Shown here piece by piece: positions 34,724 through 45,196 of a stretch of DNA of 64,000 nucleotides. A program made the translations under genes and the position numbers. The stretch comes from Hydrurus foetidus (lineage: Eukaryota), in contig UYFQ01000001.1 of the NCBI GenBank assembly GCA_900617105.1, forward strand, positions 372,001 to 436,000, in the 5' to 3' direction. Position 1 is the stretch's first letter. Each line of letters begins with the position of its first letter. The notes below the pieces were generated by a model, which saw nothing but the letters and a program-made list of their open reading frames with translations, ran no database searches and was not told the DNA's origin.

Positions 34724-34760
34724 AAAACGGTTGTTGCTTTTCAAAGTAACAACCGTTTTT
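34724..34760. terminator. Bidirectional intrinsic terminator
   Basis: AAAACGGTTGTTGCTTT-TC-AAAGTAACAACCGTTTT between convergent units. Confidence 0.85.
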
Positions 34761-34795
34761 GCTTTGAGGCTTTGAAAGCCCCAAAGTTGAGATTA

Positions 34796-35782
34796 TCAGT
34801 TCACCATCACCAATTTACCCATCACGCTGCGCGAACCCATGCGGGTGTAGGCGGCTTTCAGCTCTGCCATCGGCATGGCGCTGTCAATAACGGGTTTGAT
34901 GGTGCCTTTGCCGTACCACGCACCTAACTCAGCCATCATGGCGGCATTGGCTTTGGGCTCACGCCGAGCGAAATCGCCCCAGAACACACCCACCAGCGAT
35001 GCACCTTTGAGCAAAGCCAAGTTCAGCGGCAGCGAAGGGATGGGGCCGGAGGCAAAGCCTACGATCAAATACCGGCCACGCCATGCGATAGCGCGAAAAG
35101 CAGGTTCTGCGAAATCACCGCCTACGGGGTCATAAATCACATCCGGGCCTTTGCCGTCCGTGGCTGCTTTCACTGCGTCACGGAACGCATTGGGCAGGCT
35201 GTGTTCACTGTAGTTGATGGTGGCATCGGCTCCAATGGAGGTGCATAACGCACACTTTTCAGCGGTTGACGCTGCTGCAATCACTTTGGCACCTGCCGCT
35301 TTCGCAATTTGAATGGCTGCGGTGCCGACACCGCCTGCGGCACCCAGTACCAGCACGGTTTCTCCGGCTTTGAGCTGCGCCCGGTCGATCAAGGCATGGT
35401 GCGACGTGGCATAAATCATGATGAATGCTGCAGCATCCACGGCGGGAAAACCTGCGGGCAGAGGCATGCACATGGCCGCAGGTGCCAACGTGTGCGTACC
35501 AAATCCACCTGTGCCAGACAAACATGCGACACGTTGGCCTACCTTGAGGTGGGTCACGCCTTCGCCCAAAGCCTCAATCACGCCAGCGTATTCCGAGCCA
35601 GGTACAAAGGGCAGGGCGGGCTTCATTTGGTACTTGTTCTGCACAATAAGCAGATCGGGAAAGTTCAGGCTGGCCGCCTCGATGGCGATCAGCACTTCGC
35701 CTGATTGGGGGGCTGGGGTAGGCAGTTCTTTCCAGGTCAAGGCATCGACGCCGGTAGGGTTCTCACAGAGCCAAGCATGCAT
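34796..35782 (-). CDS. NADPH:quinone oxidoreductase family (MDR) protein
   Basis: LNFPD, PFVPGSE, LVLGAAGGVG, YDPVGG, GFASG. Confidence 0.92.
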   Translation of the reverse strand: MHAWLCENPTGVDALTWKELPTPAPQSGEVLIAIEAASLNFPDLLIVQNKYQMKPALPFVPGSEYAGVIEALGEGVTHLKVGQRVACLSGTGGFGTHTLAPAAMCMPLPAGFPAVDAAAFIMIYATSHHALIDRAQLKAGETVLVLGAAGGVGTAAIQIAKAAGAKVIAAASTAEKCALCTSIGADATINYSEHSLPNAFRDAVKAATDGKGPDVIYDPVGGDFAEPAFRAIAWRGRYLIVGFASGPIPSLPLNLALLKGASLVGVFWGDFARREPKANAAMMAELGAWYGKGTIKPVIDSAMPMAELKAAYTRMGSRSVMGKLVMVN

Positions 35783-35908
35783 ACGGGAATCTCCAAAATA
35801 AGTCACAAAAATGTGTGTGCAATGGTAGTTCCTGCCCCTGGCCCATCACAAGGCAAGCGTGTCCCAAGAGCGACCAGCGCCCTACAATCCACGCAACTTC
35901 CAAAGCAC

Positions 35909-36697
35909 ATGAAAATACTCATTTCTAACGACGACGGCTACCAAGCACCTGGCATCATTGCCTTGTTTGACGCTCTGCGCGGTGTGGCCGATGTGGAGGT
36001 TGTCGCGCCTGAGCAAAACAACAGCGCCAAATCCAATGCGCTGACCCTGCATTCGCCGCTTTATGTTCACCGCGCTGCCAATGGGTTTCGCTACGTCAAT
36101 GGCACACCGGCTGATTGTGTGCATATCGCGTTGACGGGCCTGCTGGGCTACCGGCCCGATTTGATTGTGTCCGGCATCAATAACGGTGCAAATATGGGGG
36201 ACGACACCATTTACTCGGGTACGGTGGGCGCGGCCATGGAAGGCTACTTGTTTGGCATACCCGCGATTGCTTTTTCGCAGACTGAAAGAGGCTGGACGCA
36301 TTTGGATGCCGCTGCGCACCATGCGCGTGAGTTGGTGTTGCAGCTGATGGCTCCTTCTGCTGCTGTGCTGAAGACACCTGCGCCGTGGCTGTTGAATGTC
36401 AATATTCCCAATTTACCCTTGTCAGAGATCAAGCCCGCCCAAGTTTGCCGTTTGGGCCGCCGCCATGCCGCAGAAAGCGTGATCAAACAAGACAGCCCCC
36501 GTGGTGAAACCATGTACTGGATTGGCAATGCAGGCCCCGTCAAAGACGATGGCGAAGGCACGGACTTTGCCGTTACAGCCGCAGGGCATATCGCCATCAC
36601 CCCCTTAAAGACGGATTTGAGTGACTATGCCGGGATGGGGGCGTGGACGCAGCATATTGCTGTCTTGTCAGGCGAACAAACGCGTGAGCGTTCATGA
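35909..36697 (+). CDS. surE: 5'/3'-nucleotidase SurE
   Basis: ILISNDDG, GTPADC, SGINNGANMG, YSGTVGAA. Confidence 0.97.
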   Translation: MKILISNDDGYQAPGIIALFDALRGVADVEVVAPEQNNSAKSNALTLHSPLYVHRAANGFRYVNGTPADCVHIALTGLLGYRPDLIVSGINNGANMGDDTIYSGTVGAAMEGYLFGIPAIAFSQTERGWTHLDAAAHHARELVLQLMAPSAAVLKTPAPWLLNVNIPNLPLSEIKPAQVCRLGRRHAAESVIKQDSPRGETMYWIGNAGPVKDDGEGTDFAVTAAGHIAITPLKTDLSDYAGMGAWTQHIAVLSGEQTRERS

Positions 36698-37497
36698 CTG
36701 CACCACGTGTGAGATTTCCCGTTCAGCTTGACAAATCGGGTGGCCCCGTGCGCTCGGGTAGCTCTGCGGGGGGCGTATCAAGCGCTGTAAAGCCTGCGGT
36801 TTCGGGTTTGCTCTCGCGCTCATCTGCAACTTTGGGACGCACGGCCCACAGTGCGCATGATCCAGTGGCGCTGCGTTTGGGGATGGTTGCCAAACTCAAA
36901 GCAGGCGGCATTACCGACACGCAAGTTTTGCAAGCGATGGCAACCACAGAGCGCCACAGCTTTGTAGACACGGGTTTGGCCAACCAAGCTTATGAGGACA
37001 CCAGCTTGCCGATTGGGCTGGGGCAGACCATTTCCAAGCCCAATGTGGTTGCCCGCATGATTGAGTTGTTGCGTGCGGGCAAGCCCGGTTTATTGGGGCG
37101 GGTGCTCGAAATTGGCACGGGCTGCGGCTACCAAGCTGCTGTGCTGAGCCAGTTGGCGACCGAGGTCTACAGCATTGAACGCCTGCGTGGCTTGCATGAG
37201 CGGGCGCAAGATAATTTGCGGCCTTTTCGCTTGCGCAATGTGCATTTGATTTTTGGCGATGGTATGGCCGGTTTTGCCAAAGGTGCTCCTTACGCTGGCA
37301 TCATCGCAGCAGCAGGTGGTAACGCCTTGCCACCTGCATGGTTAGAGCAACTCGCTGTAGGAGGCCGTTTGGTGACACCTATGGTGACAGCCACCGGGCA
37401 ACAAGCGTTGGTGGTTGTCGATAAAACACCGCAAGGACTTCAGCACAGCGTGCTCGAAGCCGTGCATTTTGTACCTTTGAAATCAGGCTTGGGATGA
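36694..37497 (+). CDS. pcm: Protein-L-isoaspartate O-methyltransferase
   Basis: AYEDTSLPIG.GQTIS, VLEIGTGCGYQAA, FVPL. Confidence 0.96.
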   Translation: MTAPRVRFPVQLDKSGGPVRSGSSAGGVSSAVKPAVSGLLSRSSATLGRTAHSAHDPVALRLGMVAKLKAGGITDTQVLQAMATTERHSFVDTGLANQAYEDTSLPIGLGQTISKPNVVARMIELLRAGKPGLLGRVLEIGTGCGYQAAVLSQLATEVYSIERLRGLHERAQDNLRPFRLRNVHLIFGDGMAGFAKGAPYAGIIAAAGGNALPPAWLEQLAVGGRLVTPMVTATGQQALVVVDKTPQGLQHSVLEAVHFVPLKSGLG

Positions 37498-37517
37498 TGG
37501 GATTGAAAGAATTGACT

Positions 37518-38366
37518 ATGAAAAATACGCACCAGACGCTGCGTTTAACGCTCTTGTGTACCTCAGTGGCGCTGTTAGCTGCTTGCAGCGCCACAAAACC
37601 AACCAACCGTGCGCCCGTTGAAGATCGCGGGACAGCGGTAGGCCGTGTTGCCTCTCCTGCTGATGCAGCGGTTGACCCTGCATCGCTCAAACCACCGCTA
37701 CCCGGTGCGGAAAATGCTGGAAAACCAGGCTACTACACCATCAAACCAGGCGATACCTTGATCCGTATTGGCCTGGAGAATGGTCAAAGCTGGAAAGATA
37801 TTGTCCGTTGGAATAATTTGGACAACCCCAACCGCATTGAAGTCGGGCAGGTCGTACGGATCATTCCTCCGGGTGCGACGCCGCCTGCTGAAGGTGTTGC
37901 TGTGACGCGTCCCATCGGTGCGCCCGGCGTTGCCGTAGGCACGCCTTTGCCTAGCGCAGGCACTAAGCCTGCTGCGCCCGTTGCGGCGGCAACCGACGAA
38001 GACATTGCTTGGATTTGGCCCACCAATGGTACGGTTCTGGCCGGTTTTGACGAAGCCAAGAACAAGGGTTTGGATTTCAATGGCAAAGCTGGCGACCCAG
38101 TGATTGCTGTGGCCGATGGTCGGGTGGTTTACGCAGGTTCAGGTTTGCGAGGCTATGGAAACCTGATTATTTTGAAGCACAACAACACCTATTTGACGGC
38201 TTACGCGCACAACCAAACCCTGCTCATCAAAGAAGACCAGTCCGTGCGCAAAGGTCAAAAGATCGCCGAGATGGGAAACAGCGATGCGGATCGTGTCAAG
38301 CTGCATTTTGAGATTCGCCGCCAAGGCAAACCGGTTGATCCGGCTCGTTATTTGCCTGCACGTTGA
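37518..38366 (+). CDS. nlpD: LysM/M23 lipoprotein NlpD
   Basis: Lipobox LAAC, LysM domain, degenerate M23 (NKGLD, AYAHN, LHFEIR). Confidence 0.92.
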   Translation: MKNTHQTLRLTLLCTSVALLAACSATKPTNRAPVEDRGTAVGRVASPADAAVDPASLKPPLPGAENAGKPGYYTIKPGDTLIRIGLENGQSWKDIVRWNNLDNPNRIEVGQVVRIIPPGATPPAEGVAVTRPIGAPGVAVGTPLPSAGTKPAAPVAAATDEDIAWIWPTNGTVLAGFDEAKNKGLDFNGKAGDPVIAVADGRVVYAGSGLRGYGNLIILKHNNTYLTAYAHNQTLLIKEDQSVRKGQKIAEMGNSDADRVKLHFEIRRQGKPVDPARYLPAR

Positions 38367-38386
38367 TACGTATTGAATGGTAGGCA

Positions 38387-38411
38387 TGAACTGCGCCTCA
38401 GGCGCAGTTCA
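38387..38411. terminator. Hairpin between convergent nlpD and NlpC/P60 genes
   Basis: TGAACTGCGCC-TCA-GGCGCAGTTCA. Confidence 0.65.
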
Positions 38412-38412
38412 A

Positions 38413-38967
38413 TCAGCGCTGTTGTTGCTGTGGATTGCTCTGGCTAACCGGTGCAGTAACCCGTCTTGCACCTGTAAAGCGGTGTTCCCAGTAGGCTGTA
38501 CGCATGTCTTCCACCCGCACTTCAGAGCCGGGCTTGGGAGAGTGAATGAACTTGTTTTCACCCACGTAAATACCCACATGGCTGAAGGCGCGGCGCATGG
38601 TGTTGAAAAACACCAAGTCACCAGGCTTGAGGTCATTGCGGTCAATGATTTGCGTCGCAGCGGCCTGCTCATCAGCCCGGCGAGGTAGCAGCAAGCCCAC
38701 AGTTTGTTCGTACATGGCACGCACAAAACCACTGCAATCGAAGCCCGTTTCAGCGCTGTTGCCCCCTCTGCGGTAAGGTACGCCCAGGAAGCCCATCGCG
38801 TTCACGACCAAATCAGAGGCTTTTTCGCCAACGGTTTGCCTGACTTGTTCCAGCTGTCCCATCAGTCCCTTGTCAGTTAGAAACCTGTCTATATCATCGT
38901 TGATGGCGGGGGCCGCATGTGTATTCAGTGCGAGGAGAAGGGCGGCAAGCGTAGCGAGTCTGTGCAT
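38413..38967 (-). CDS. NlpC/P60 (C40) peptidoglycan endopeptidase
   Basis: GVPYRRGG, GFDCSG, PGDLVFF, SHVGIY, FIHSP; signal peptide. Confidence 0.94.
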   Translation of the reverse strand: MHRLATLAALLLALNTHAAPAINDDIDRFLTDKGLMGQLEQVRQTVGEKASDLVVNAMGFLGVPYRRGGNSAETGFDCSGFVRAMYEQTVGLLLPRRADEQAAATQIIDRNDLKPGDLVFFNTMRRAFSHVGIYVGENKFIHSPKPGSEVRVEDMRTAYWEHRFTGARRVTAPVSQSNPQQQQR

Positions 38968-39017
38968 CAGCGTAGGATACCTAATTTTTAAGTGCATTCG
39001 CCTACCGAGGAACCCTC

Positions 39018-39653
39018 ATGCTGCTAGATTCTGAAGACTGCCAACTTGTACTGGTTGATTACCAATCCCGTCTGATGCCCGTGATGGCTGAATCCACTTT
39101 TGTGCTGAGCAATGCCTTGCGCCTTGCACGTTTTGCACAAATATTTGGCGTGCCTTTGTGGGGCACCGAGCAAGCACCTGACAATTTGGGCGAAAACCCC
39201 GCAGAGTGGCGTGCCCTGTGCCAGCAGACGGTGGTGAAAGACAGTTTTAGCGCTTGTGCAGATGGTCTCATCGACCTGCTGCGCCCATCCGTGCGTGGTA
39301 AACAAAATGCACAGTTAGGCGCAGATCAACGCGGCAATGCCCGCAGCCTGCCCAAGCACCTGCAAAAAGCCGTACCTCCACCCGTAGCGCCTTCGCGCAA
39401 CACCATAGTGCTGGCCGGCTGTGAAGCCCATGTCTGTCTTATGCAAACGGCGCTGGACTTGCTTGAAGAAGAATTTGATGTGTGGGTTGTCACCGACGCT
39501 TGCAGTTCGCGCACTGAGCGCAACCGCGATGCAGCGTTCGATCGGCTGGCAGCGAACGGTGCCGAATTGGTGACCACTGAAATGGTGGCCTTTGAATGGC
39601 TGCGCGACGCACACCATGAAGCCTTCAGTGCGATTCAGGCACTGATACACTGA
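39018..39653 (+). CDS. Isochorismatase (cysteine hydrolase) family protein
   Basis: LVDYQ, TEQ, K..FSA, GCEAHVC.MQT, DACSSR. Confidence 0.9.
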   Translation: MLLDSEDCQLVLVDYQSRLMPVMAESTFVLSNALRLARFAQIFGVPLWGTEQAPDNLGENPAEWRALCQQTVVKDSFSACADGLIDLLRPSVRGKQNAQLGADQRGNARSLPKHLQKAVPPPVAPSRNTIVLAGCEAHVCLMQTALDLLEEEFDVWVVTDACSSRTERNRDAAFDRLAANGAELVTTEMVAFEWLRDAHHEAFSAIQALIH

Positions 39654-39719
39654 AAAATACACTGCAAGGCCTAGAGCCAATATGCAGCCAAGAAACAGCG
39701 CCATGAACAAAGCTCCGTC

Positions 39720-40751
39720 ATGATTCACCATTCTGACCCTCTCAAGATACTGTTGGTAGATGATTCCATCTCCCTGCGCAGTCACCTGACTGCCCAGCTG
39801 AAAGACCAAGGGCATGAAGTCATGCAGGCGGCTGATGCTGAAGAGGCGTTGGCGGCCTTCACCCGTTTTAGGCCTGATTTGGTGTTGCTAGATGTGGTGA
39901 TGCCGGGAGCTGATGGCTATTTTGTTGCCCGGCAGATCCGCGAAATTGAAGCAGGGCAATGGACTCCGATTATTTTTTTGTCTGCCAAAGACAGCGAAAA
40001 CGATCTGTGGCAAGGCATTGAAGCGGGTGGTGACGACTACTTGACTAAACCTGTATCGCCCGTGGTGTTGGCCGCTAAGTTACGTGCTATGCAACGCTTG
40101 CGCTCAATGGGGCGGCGCAACCAAGAAATCAGCGAAGCACTGCGCCAAGCCAATTCGCAGTTGCGTCACCTGTCGCAAACAGATGAACTCACCGGCCTGC
40201 ACAATCGCCGTGGATTTGATGATTGCCTGCAAACCGAATTGCGCAGTGCCCAGCGTGATCAAACGCCACTCACCCTGGTGATTTGCGATGTCGATTACTT
40301 CAAAGCTTATAACGACACCTTGGGACATGTGCAAGGTGATGGCTGCTTGCAACGCCTGGGTGTGATCCTGCGAAGTGTTTGCTTGCGGCCGCGTGATCAT
40401 GCTTCACGTTACGGGGGCGAGGAATTCGCATTGATCTTGCCGCATACGCCAAAATCTGGCGCGATGACCTATGCACGTGGTTTACAAGCAGTATTGCGCG
40501 GTGCTAATTTGCAACATCCTTCCTCTCCCTTTTCTAAGCAGGTGACCTTCTCGGGTGGCATCACTACCTGTATTCCTGACGAAGCTGCAACCAGTGAAAG
40601 CCTTATCTTGCGTGCTGATGAGGCACTTTATGCTGCCAAAGCGCTAGGACGGAACAGGTTTTTTAGCTTTGAAATGCAAACCGATACAGTGGGTCAGCTC
40701 GCCGACGACCGTGCGCGGCGTGAGAAAAGAGCGGCCAATCAGCTCATTTGA
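39720..40751 (+). CDS. Response regulator diguanylate cyclase (REC-GGDEF)
   Basis: ILLVDD...LLDVVMP...DDYLTKP; DELTGL; RPRD I-site plus RYGGEEF. Confidence 0.93.
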   Translation: MIHHSDPLKILLVDDSISLRSHLTAQLKDQGHEVMQAADAEEALAAFTRFRPDLVLLDVVMPGADGYFVARQIREIEAGQWTPIIFLSAKDSENDLWQGIEAGGDDYLTKPVSPVVLAAKLRAMQRLRSMGRRNQEISEALRQANSQLRHLSQTDELTGLHNRRGFDDCLQTELRSAQRDQTPLTLVICDVDYFKAYNDTLGHVQGDGCLQRLGVILRSVCLRPRDHASRYGGEEFALILPHTPKSGAMTYARGLQAVLRGANLQHPSSPFSKQVTFSGGITTCIPDEAATSESLILRADEALYAAKALGRNRFFSFEMQTDTVGQLADDRARREKRAANQLI

Positions 40752-40871
40752 GAATTGGTCAGGTCACTCCGCGCGTGTTTCTACTTAGTTCTGCTTGCTG
40801 AGCTGTTGCTAAATTGGTGGCAAAATCGAGAATGTATCCAGGCCCTTCCAAGCCACTGTTAACAGTTGTTT

Positions 40872-40955
40872 TGCAATCCGCCAGTCGGCTAAGCCGTGTC
40901 GCGGAAGGTTTTCTAACCAGCTAATGTTTCCCAGAGGGAAACGGAGGTCAGCGCA
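40872..40955 (+). ncRNA. sucA RNA motif (Burkholderiales cis-regulatory element)
   Basis: TCCGC...CGGCTAAGCCG-TGTC-GCGGA-AGGTT...AACC-AGCT nested hairpins in the sucA 5' UTR; recognised from memory. Confidence 0.75.
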
Positions 40956-40957
40956 AT

Positions 40958-43846
40958 ATGAGCGAGTCATCTTCCCCCGCGTCGTCTGTTTATTCAGCCT
41001 ATGCCAGCAACACCTACCTCTTCGGCGGCAATGCGCCCTATGTCGAAGAGATGTACGAGAACTACCTCGCCAACCCAGGCAGCGTAGGCGACAGCTGGCG
41101 TGATTATTTCGATGCCCTGCAACACGTTCCCGCATCCGATGGCACCAATGCCAAAGACGTGCCACACTTGCCCGTCGTCAATGCTTTTGCTGAACGCGCC
41201 AAACTTGGCGGCACCAAAGTTGTCCAAGCCAGCGTTGACCCTGAGATGGGTCGCAAGCGCACAGCCGTACAACAGCTGATTGCTGCGTACCGCAATGTAG
41301 GCGCACGATGGGCTGATCTTGACCCCTTGAAGCGCACCGAACGCGACAATATTCCTGACCTGGAACCTTCGTTTTACGGTTTCAGCGATGCGGACCAAGA
41401 AGCTGTGTTCAACACCAGCAACACCTATTTCGGCAAAGAAACGATGTCTTTGCGCGAATTGATGAATGCCCTGCGTGAAACCTACTGCGGCACCATTGGC
41501 GCAGAGTTCATGTACAGCACCGACCAGAATCAAAAGCGCTGGTGGCAGCAAAAGTTGGAAAGCATACGCAGCAAGCCCAACCTCTCCAAAGAGAAAAAAC
41601 TGCACATTCTTGACCGCGTTACCGCAGCCGAAGGTCTGGAGCGCTTCCTCCACACCAAATACGTGGGTCAAAAGCGCTTCTCGTTAGAAGGTGGCGAAAG
41701 CTTTATCGCGTCGATGGACGAAGTGGTGCAAAAAGCCGGCACGCAAGGCATTCAAGAAATCGTCATCGGCATGGCCCACCGTGGTCGCTTGAACGTGCTG
41801 GTCAACACCCTCGGCAAAATGCCCTCGGACTTGTTCGCTGAGTTCGACCACACCGCCCCCGAAGACCTGCCCAGTGGCGACGTTAAGTACCACCAAGGCT
41901 TCAGCTCTGACGTGACCACCCCTGGCGGCCCGGTTCACCTGACGCTGGCCTTCAACCCCTCGCACTTGGAGATCGTTAACCCCGTGGTTGAAGGCTCTGT
42001 GCGTGCCCGCATGGATCGCCGTGGCGACCCCAAAGGCCGCCAAGTGCTGCCGGTGCTGGTACACGGCGATGCAGCCTTCGCAGGTCAAGGCGTGGTGATG
42101 GAAACTTTGGCGCTGGCCGAAACCCGTGGCTACCACACCGGTGGCACGATCCATATTGTCATCAACAACCAAATCGGCTTCACCACCAGCGACCCGCGTG
42201 ACAGCCGCTCCACGCTGTACTGCACTGACGTGGTCAAGATGATCGAAGCGCCCGTGTTGCACGTCAACGGTGACGACCCGGAAGCTGTGGTGCTGGCCAC
42301 TCAGTTGGCCCTGGATTACCGCGCCGAATTCAGCAAAGACGTGGTGGTGGACATCATCTGCTTCCGCAAACTGGGCCACAACGAGCAAGACACGCCCATG
42401 CTGACGCAGCCGCTGATGTACAAAAAAATCAGCCAGCACCCCGGTACGCGCAAGCTCTACGCTGACAAATTGTCTGCCCAAGGCTTCGGTGCCACGCTAG
42501 GCGACGACATGGTCAAAGCCATGCGTGCTGCCTTGGATGAAGGCAAAAACACCTTCGACCCCGTGCTGACCAACTTCAAGAGCAAGTTCGCCGTCGATTG
42601 GAGCCCTTATCTCAACAAAAAGTGGACGGACGTGGGTGACACCGCCATTCCGCTCGCCGAGTGGAAGCGCGTTGCCGAAAAAATCACCAAGGTGCCCGCA
42701 GGCTTCACGCCGCACAACTTGGTGAAAAAGGTGCTTGACGACCGCGCCGCGATGGGCCGGGGCGAGATCAACGTGGACTGGGGCATGGGCGAGCACATGG
42801 CCTTTGCCACCTTAGTGGCCAGCGGCTACCCTGTGCGTTTGTCTGGCGAAGACTGTGGCCGTGGCACCTTCACCCACCGCCACGCCGTGCTGCACGACCA
42901 AAACCGTGAGAAGTTTGACGAAGGCACCTACATTCCGCTGCAAAACGTGACCGAAGGCCAAGCCCCGTTCGTTGTCATCGACTCCATCTTGTCCGAAGAA
43001 GCGGTGCTGGCGTTTGAATACGGCTACGCCTCCAACGACCCCGGCACCCTGGTGATTTGGGAAGGCCAGTTCGGCGACTTCGTGAACGGTGCGCAGGTCG
43101 TGATTGACCAGTTCATCGCGTCTGGTGAAGTCAAGTGGGGCCGCGTCAACGGCATCACGCTGATGCTGCCGCACGGCTACGAAGGCCAAGGCCCTGAGCA
43201 CAGCTCGGCCCGCCTGGAGCGCTTCATGCAGCTCAGTGCAGACATGAACATGCAAGTCTGCCAGCCCACCACCGCCAGCCAGATCTTCCATTTGCTGCGC
43301 CGTCAGCAAGTGCGCAACCTGCGCAAGCCGCTCATCATCATGACACCCAAGTCGCTCTTGCGTGCCAAAGATGCGACATCACCGTTGTCTGAGTTCACCA
43401 AGGGCGGCTTCCAAACCGTCATCCCCGAGAACAATGAGGCCGTCATCAAAAAGGCCGAGAAGGTCAAGCGCGTGGTGGCTTGCTCCGGCAAGGTGTACTA
43501 CGACTTGGTGAAAAAGCGCGAAGAAAAAGGCGCTGACGACGTGGCCCTCATCCGCGTTGAACAGCTCTACCCCTTCCCGCACAAAGTGTTTGCAGCAGAG
43601 TTGAAGAAGTACCCCAATGCCACCGACATCGTGTGGTGCCAAGACGAGCCGCAAAACCAGGGTGCGTGGTTTTTCGTGCAGCACTACATCCACGAAAACA
43701 TGCTGGAAGGACAAAAGCTGGGCTACTCAGGCCGTGCCGCTTCCGCCTCACCCGCAGTGGGCTATTCGCACCTGCACCAAGAGCAGCAAAAAGCGCTGGT
43801 CGAAGGTGCATTCGGCAAGCTTAAAGGCTTTGTTCTCACCAAATAA
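40958..43846 (+). CDS. sucA: 2-oxoglutarate dehydrogenase E1
   Basis: KRFSLEG, GMAHRGRLN, HGDAAFAGQG, LPHGYEGQGPEHSS. Confidence 0.98.
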   Translation: MSESSSPASSVYSAYASNTYLFGGNAPYVEEMYENYLANPGSVGDSWRDYFDALQHVPASDGTNAKDVPHLPVVNAFAERAKLGGTKVVQASVDPEMGRKRTAVQQLIAAYRNVGARWADLDPLKRTERDNIPDLEPSFYGFSDADQEAVFNTSNTYFGKETMSLRELMNALRETYCGTIGAEFMYSTDQNQKRWWQQKLESIRSKPNLSKEKKLHILDRVTAAEGLERFLHTKYVGQKRFSLEGGESFIASMDEVVQKAGTQGIQEIVIGMAHRGRLNVLVNTLGKMPSDLFAEFDHTAPEDLPSGDVKYHQGFSSDVTTPGGPVHLTLAFNPSHLEIVNPVVEGSVRARMDRRGDPKGRQVLPVLVHGDAAFAGQGVVMETLALAETRGYHTGGTIHIVINNQIGFTTSDPRDSRSTLYCTDVVKMIEAPVLHVNGDDPEAVVLATQLALDYRAEFSKDVVVDIICFRKLGHNEQDTPMLTQPLMYKKISQHPGTRKLYADKLSAQGFGATLGDDMVKAMRAALDEGKNTFDPVLTNFKSKFAVDWSPYLNKKWTDVGDTAIPLAEWKRVAEKITKVPAGFTPHNLVKKVLDDRAAMGRGEINVDWGMGEHMAFATLVASGYPVRLSGEDCGRGTFTHRHAVLHDQNREKFDEGTYIPLQNVTEGQAPFVVIDSILSEEAVLAFEYGYASNDPGTLVIWEGQFGDFVNGAQVVIDQFIASGEVKWGRVNGITLMLPHGYEGQGPEHSSARLERFMQLSADMNMQVCQPTTASQIFHLLRRQQVRNLRKPLIIMTPKSLLRAKDATSPLSEFTKGGFQTVIPENNEAVIKKAEKVKRVVACSGKVYYDLVKKREEKGADDVALIRVEQLYPFPHKVFAAELKKYPNATDIVWCQDEPQNQGAWFFVQHYIHENMLEGQKLGYSGRAASASPAVGYSHLHQEQQKALVEGAFGKLKGFVLTK

Positions 43847-43918
43847 GTACGCCACCCCAGCACCGCTGAAGGTGCTTGGGTAGCGTGCAACAAATCACAG
43901 CATTGTTGAAAGAAGAAA

Positions 43919-45187
43919 ATGGCAATCGTAGAAGTTAAAGTTCCCCAACTGTCCGAATCCGTGGCCGAAGCCACCCTGTTGCAGTGGAAGAAAAAAGTCG
44001 GTGATTTGATCGCTATTGACGAAATTTTGATCGAAGTCGAAACCGATAAAGTCGTGCTCGAAGTCCCCGCGCCCAGCGCTGGTGTGCTGGTTGAGATCAC
44101 CATTGCTGACGGTGCCACCGTGCTCGCTGAGCAGTTGATCGCCAAGATCGACACCGAAGGCAAAGCCAGCGCTGCCGCACCCGTCGCAGCAACGGCATCC
44201 ACCCCTGCTGCCCCCGCAGCCGCTGTAGCCAGCGCCTCTGCATCTATGGCTGGTTTTGCCATGCCCGCCGCTGCCAAACTGCTGGCCGACAATGGCATGG
44301 CAGCGGCATCCGTGGCTGGCACAGGCAAAGATGGCCGCGTCACCAAGGGCGATGTCTTGGGTGCTGTGGCTGCTGTAGCCAATGCCCCCAGTGTTGCTCC
44401 TAAAGTTGTAGCTGCTCCCGCAATGCCAGCAAGCGCTCCCGTGCGTTTGTTGCCTCAAGTGGCAGGCCCCAGCGTCAACCTGGGCGACCGCCCTGAGCAG
44501 CGCGTCCCCATGAGTCGCCTGCGTTCTCGTGTGGCTGAGCGCTTGCTGCAATCGCAATCCACCAACGCCATCCTGACCACGTTCAACGAGATCAACATGG
44601 CCCCGGTGATGGAAATGCGCAAGCGCTTCCAAGAGAAATTCGAAAAAGAGCACGGCGTTAAGCTGGGCTTCATGAGCTTCTTTGTGAAAGCAGCCGTTCA
44701 CGCTTTGAAGAAATTCCCCGTGCTGAACGCCTCGGTGGACGGCAACGACATTGTTTACCACGGCTATTTCGACATCGGCATCGCGGTCGGCAGCCCACGC
44801 GGTTTGGTGGTGCCCATTCTGCGCAACGCAGACCAAATGAGCTTTGCCGAGATCGAAAAGAAAATTGCCGAATTCGGCAAAAAGGCCTCTGAAGGCAAGC
44901 TCGGCATGGACGACATGACTGGCGGCACCTTCTCGATCAGCAACGGCGGCACCTTCGGCTCGATGATGTCCACCCCCATCATCAACCCACCACAAAGCGC
45001 GATTCTGGGTGTTCACGCCACCAAAGACCGCGCAATGGTTGAAAACGGCCAAGTCGTCGTTCGCCCCATGAATTACTTCGCCATGTCCTACGACCATCGC
45101 ATCATCGACGGCCGCGAAGCTGTGCTGGGCTTGGTGGCGATGAAGGAAGCGCTGGAAGATCCATCGCGCTTGCTGTTTGATATTTAA
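43919..45187 (+). CDS. sucB: Dihydrolipoamide succinyltransferase E2
   Basis: Lipoyl [26 protein letters not shown]. Confidence 0.98.
   Translation: MAIVEVKVPQLSESVAEATLLQWKKKVGDLIAIDEILIEVETDKVVLEVPAPSAGVLVEITIADGATVLAEQLIAKIDTEGKASAAAPVAATASTPAAPAAAVASASASMAGFAMPAAAKLLADNGMAAASVAGTGKDGRVTKGDVLGAVAAVANAPSVAPKVVAAPAMPASAPVRLLPQVAGPSVNLGDRPEQRVPMSRLRSRVAERLLQSQSTNAILTTFNEINMAPVMEMRKRFQEKFEKEHGVKLGFMSFFVKAAVHALKKFPVLNASVDGNDIVYHGYFDIGIAVGSPRGLVVPILRNADQMSFAEIEKKIAEFGKKASEGKLGMDDMTGGTFSISNGGTFGSMMSTPIINPPQSAILGVHATKDRAMVENGQVVVRPMNYFAMSYDHRIIDGREAVLGLVAMKEALEDPSRLLFDI
44395..44458. repeat. Dispersed bipartite element copy (in the sucB linker)
   Basis: TGCT-CCTAAAGTTGT-AGC-TGCTCC-CGC-AATGCCAGCAA-GCG; 41/64 ungapped identity to the prmB copy (hand count). 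Confidence 0.8.
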
Positions 45188-45196
45188 GCGGTCGCC

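Noticed and set aside
36758..36795. Possible element copies in pcm, smc (18331), the hypothetical gene (48896), scpB (54763) and rodZ (59483)
   Set aside because: Too degenerate or wrong spacing to separate from chance by eye
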